Shown: piece by piece, positions 24,948-26,864 of the stretch
Layout of the letters: each line of letters begins with the position of its first letter
How positions within the stretch are numbered: position 1 is the first letter of the stretch
Made by a program: the position numbers and the translations under genes
Assembly: GCA_965648935.1 (NCBI GenBank)
Contig: CBFGIY010000030.1
Location: 1 to 26,864 of the forward strand
From: a candidate division WOR-3 bacterium
GTDB taxonomy: Bacteria; Hydrothermota; Tepidihabitantia; Tepidihabitantales; Tepidihabitantaceae
Direction of reading: 5' to 3'
Length of the DNA: 26,864 nucleotides
Notes under the pieces: generated by a model
The model's database searches: none
The model's input: the letters and a program-made list of their open reading frames with translations, nothing else
What the model was told of the DNA's origin: nothing

Positions 24948-25115
24948 CGGTAGCCACGCTTCCTCCTCCGTGAGAGGCCGGCCTCTCCTGCAAGTGGCTC
25001 ACCACAAGGCGCCGCTGGCGGCCAGTCAACACTCTCCCCAACCCGAACCACTCCACCAGCGGCGCCCGCTGTTTGCCGTCTTGACAGCAGAGCAGGCCCG
25101 GTGTTTGATGAAACC

Positions 25116-26123
25116 GTGACCAGGGTCCTGTTTCTCTGGCCGCCGGCCGAGGACCTGCGGCGGCTGTTTGCCGACCGGCTGGCCGATGCGCCGGGCGTCG
25201 AGCTCGTGTTTCCGCCGGACAGCGAACCGGCGACGCTCCTGGGGCTGGCGCCACAGGCGCAGGTGATGATCGGCTGGCGGCCGACACCGGAGCTGCTCGC
25301 CGCGGCGGCGAGACTCGAGCTGTTCATCAACCCCGGGGCCGGCGTGCAGTCGATTGTCGGCCTGCTGCGCGAATCCGGCCGAAGTATCACCCTGGTCAAT
25401 GACCACGGCAACGCCTATGCCACGGCCCAGCACGCGGTCGCACTGCTCCTCTCGCTGGCCAACAAGGTGATACCGCATCACAACTGGATGGCGGCGGGCG
25501 AATGGCGCAAGGGCGATGCCGATGCCGCATCTGTGACCCTGCGCGGGAAGACGGTCGGCCTGCTCGGGTACGGCCATGTCAACCGGCTGGTGCACCGGTT
25601 TCTTTCGGGGTTCGATCTGCAATTCGCGGCGCTGCGCCGGGACTGGTCGGGCCGCGCCGGGCCGCTTCCGACCCCGGTCGAGAAACTCGGCCCGGCAGAC
25701 ATCGATCGGCTCTTTGAAGAGAGTGATGTCGTGATGGTGTCGGTACCCGAGACAGCGCAGACGACCGGCCTGGTGGACTTCGGCCGCCTCGTTCTGCTGG
25801 GGGCCGATGGGATGCTGGTGAACTATGCGCGCGGGGCGGTCGTGGTCGAGGATGCGCTGTACCGGGCGCTCAAAGAGCGCATCATCGCCGGCGCGGCAAT
25901 CGACACCTGGTACTCCTATCGTCCCGATCCGGACCCGGCGGGCCGCAAGCGGCCTTACCACCTGCCGTTTCACGAGCTGGACAACATCGTGCTCTCGCCC
26001 CATCGCGCCGCCTCGCCCATCTTCGGGCTGGAGCGGTGGGACGGCGTGGTCGAGAACATCCGGCGCTTTGCCGCAGGCCGGCGCGACTTCGACAACATAG
26101 TCGACCTCGAACGCGGGTACTAG
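25116..26123 (+). CDS. D-isomer-specific 2-hydroxyacid dehydrogenase (NAD(P)-binding)
   Basis: GAGV, TAQHAVALLL, LRGKTVGLLGYGHV, VNYARG, AAIDTWY, LSPHRAA. Start is GTG 25116 or GTG 25101. Confidence 0.92.
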   Translation: MTRVLFLWPPAEDLRRLFADRLADAPGVELVFPPDSEPATLLGLAPQAQVMIGWRPTPELLAAAARLELFINPGAGVQSIVGLLRESGRSITLVNDHGNAYATAQHAVALLLSLANKVIPHHNWMAAGEWRKGDADAASVTLRGKTVGLLGYGHVNRLVHRFLSGFDLQFAALRRDWSGRAGPLPTPVEKLGPADIDRLFEESDVVMVSVPETAQTTGLVDFGRLVLLGADGMLVNYARGAVVVEDALYRALKERIIAGAAIDTWYSYRPDPDPAGRKRPYHLPFHELDNIVLSPHRAASPIFGLERWDGVVENIRRFAAGRRDFDNIVDLERGY

Positions 26124-26131
26124 GAGAGGGG

Positions 26132-26752
26132 ATGCGCATCGCGTTTCTCGGCGACAGCCTGACCGAGGGCGTGCCGGGCGAGTCTTATCTTGAACGGCTG
26201 GCCGCAGCCTTGCCCGGCCACACGCTGCTGAACTGGGGCCGGGGCGGCGACACGATTGTCAGCCTGCACGAGCGGCTGGGCGAGCTTGAGTTCGAGCCGC
26301 GGCCCGACGCGGTATTCCTGTGGGTCGGGGTGAACGACGCGATCGTGATGGAATCGCCGTACTACCTCACCGGGCAGGATCCGGAAACGGACGAGGCGCT
26401 GCTGGCCGACGACGAGTTCGCGTCCTGCTACCGGCGCGTGCTCGACCATCTCGCGCCCCGCGCCGGAAAGGTGCTTGCGGTCGGGCCGCTGCTCTGCGGC
26501 GAAGACCTGCGCGACCCGCTGAACGCGCGCATCGCCGGGCTGGCCGAAGCAGTCCGCGGCCTGTGCCGCGAGTGGCCCAACACGGAGTTCGTGAACATGC
26601 GCGAGGAGTTCTTCGCCGACGAGTCGGCCCGGCGCGCCCTGCCCGACCCGCGCGGGCTGCGCTTCACGATTGACGGCGTGCACTTCAACAGCGCCGGCGC
26701 CGACATCGCGGCGTGCGTCCTGCTCAGGCACATCGCCCGGCTGGGCTGGTAG
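26132..26752 (+). CDS. SGNH/GDSL hydrolase
   Basis: GGAGAGG SD plus ATG 26132. GDSLT, NWGRGG, VGVND, DGVHFN blocks. Confidence 0.93.
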   Translation: MRIAFLGDSLTEGVPGESYLERLAAALPGHTLLNWGRGGDTIVSLHERLGELEFEPRPDAVFLWVGVNDAIVMESPYYLTGQDPETDEALLADDEFASCYRRVLDHLAPRAGKVLAVGPLLCGEDLRDPLNARIAGLAEAVRGLCREWPNTEFVNMREEFFADESARRALPDPRGLRFTIDGVHFNSAGADIAACVLLRHIARLGW

Positions 26753-26766
26753 GCCCCGGGGAAACG

Positions 26767-26794
26767 CGAGGCGGGCCCCGAAGGGCCCGCCTCG
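26767..26794. terminator. Intrinsic terminator-like hairpin between convergent genes
   Basis: 12-bp perfect stem CGAGGCGGGCCC / CGAA loop / GGGCCCGCCTCG. Confidence 0.75.
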
Positions 26795-26811
26795 AACTTG
26801 TTGCGTCGTGC

Positions 26812-26864
26812 CTACCAGCGCGGACGCGGGGGCCGGTCGTCGCGGCGCGGGCCGCCGCGGCCGC
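26812..26864 (-). CDS. 3' end of a minus-strand gene (Gly/Arg-rich tail GRGGPRRDDRPPRPRW*), possibly an RNA-binding protein
   Basis: Stop TAG at 26812-26814 just before the hairpin. Only 16 complete sense codons visible. Confidence 0.35.
   Translation of the reverse strand, partial: GRGGPRRDDRPPRPRW

Noticed and set aside
25081..25109. Promoter TTGACA-17 bp-TTTGAT before GTG 25116
   Set aside because: Perfect -35 and leaderless-like spacing, but the -10 lacks the near-invariant second-position A, so it was not called.

Overview
High-GC (~70%) bacterial chromosomal segment with about 25 genes and no recognisable mobile element, RNA gene or CRISPR array. Gene content (PorU/gingipain-like C25 peptidase, secretion C-terminal domains, outer-membrane barrels, stand-alone ThiN) suggests a diderm FCB-related lineage such as WOR-3; this is inference. 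The left half is a long + strand run: pepP, efp, degenerate accC, comB, TPR protein, GNAT-like, hypothetical, thiN, SpoIVB-like S55, a chimeric beta-propeller gene and an outer-membrane barrel. The right half has galE, DUF6141, DUF3078, chrA, queD, a SagB-type nitroreductase, the C25 peptidase, an M23 peptidase, a lamin-tail protein, a 2-hydroxyacid dehydrogenase and an SGNH hydrolase. Main observations: (1) five intergenic arrays of phased 7-bp units, each spanned by a 19-42 aa ORF running from the upstream stop to the downstream start, four encoding R-L-P-I-x-D-R in the same frame; (2) a full-length biotin carboxylase lacking most catalytic residues, with accB absent; (3) EF-P with Gln at the normally modified Lys/Arg; (4) repeated leaderless promoter architecture; (5) a 24-bp perfect palindrome and a deletion-fused gene.
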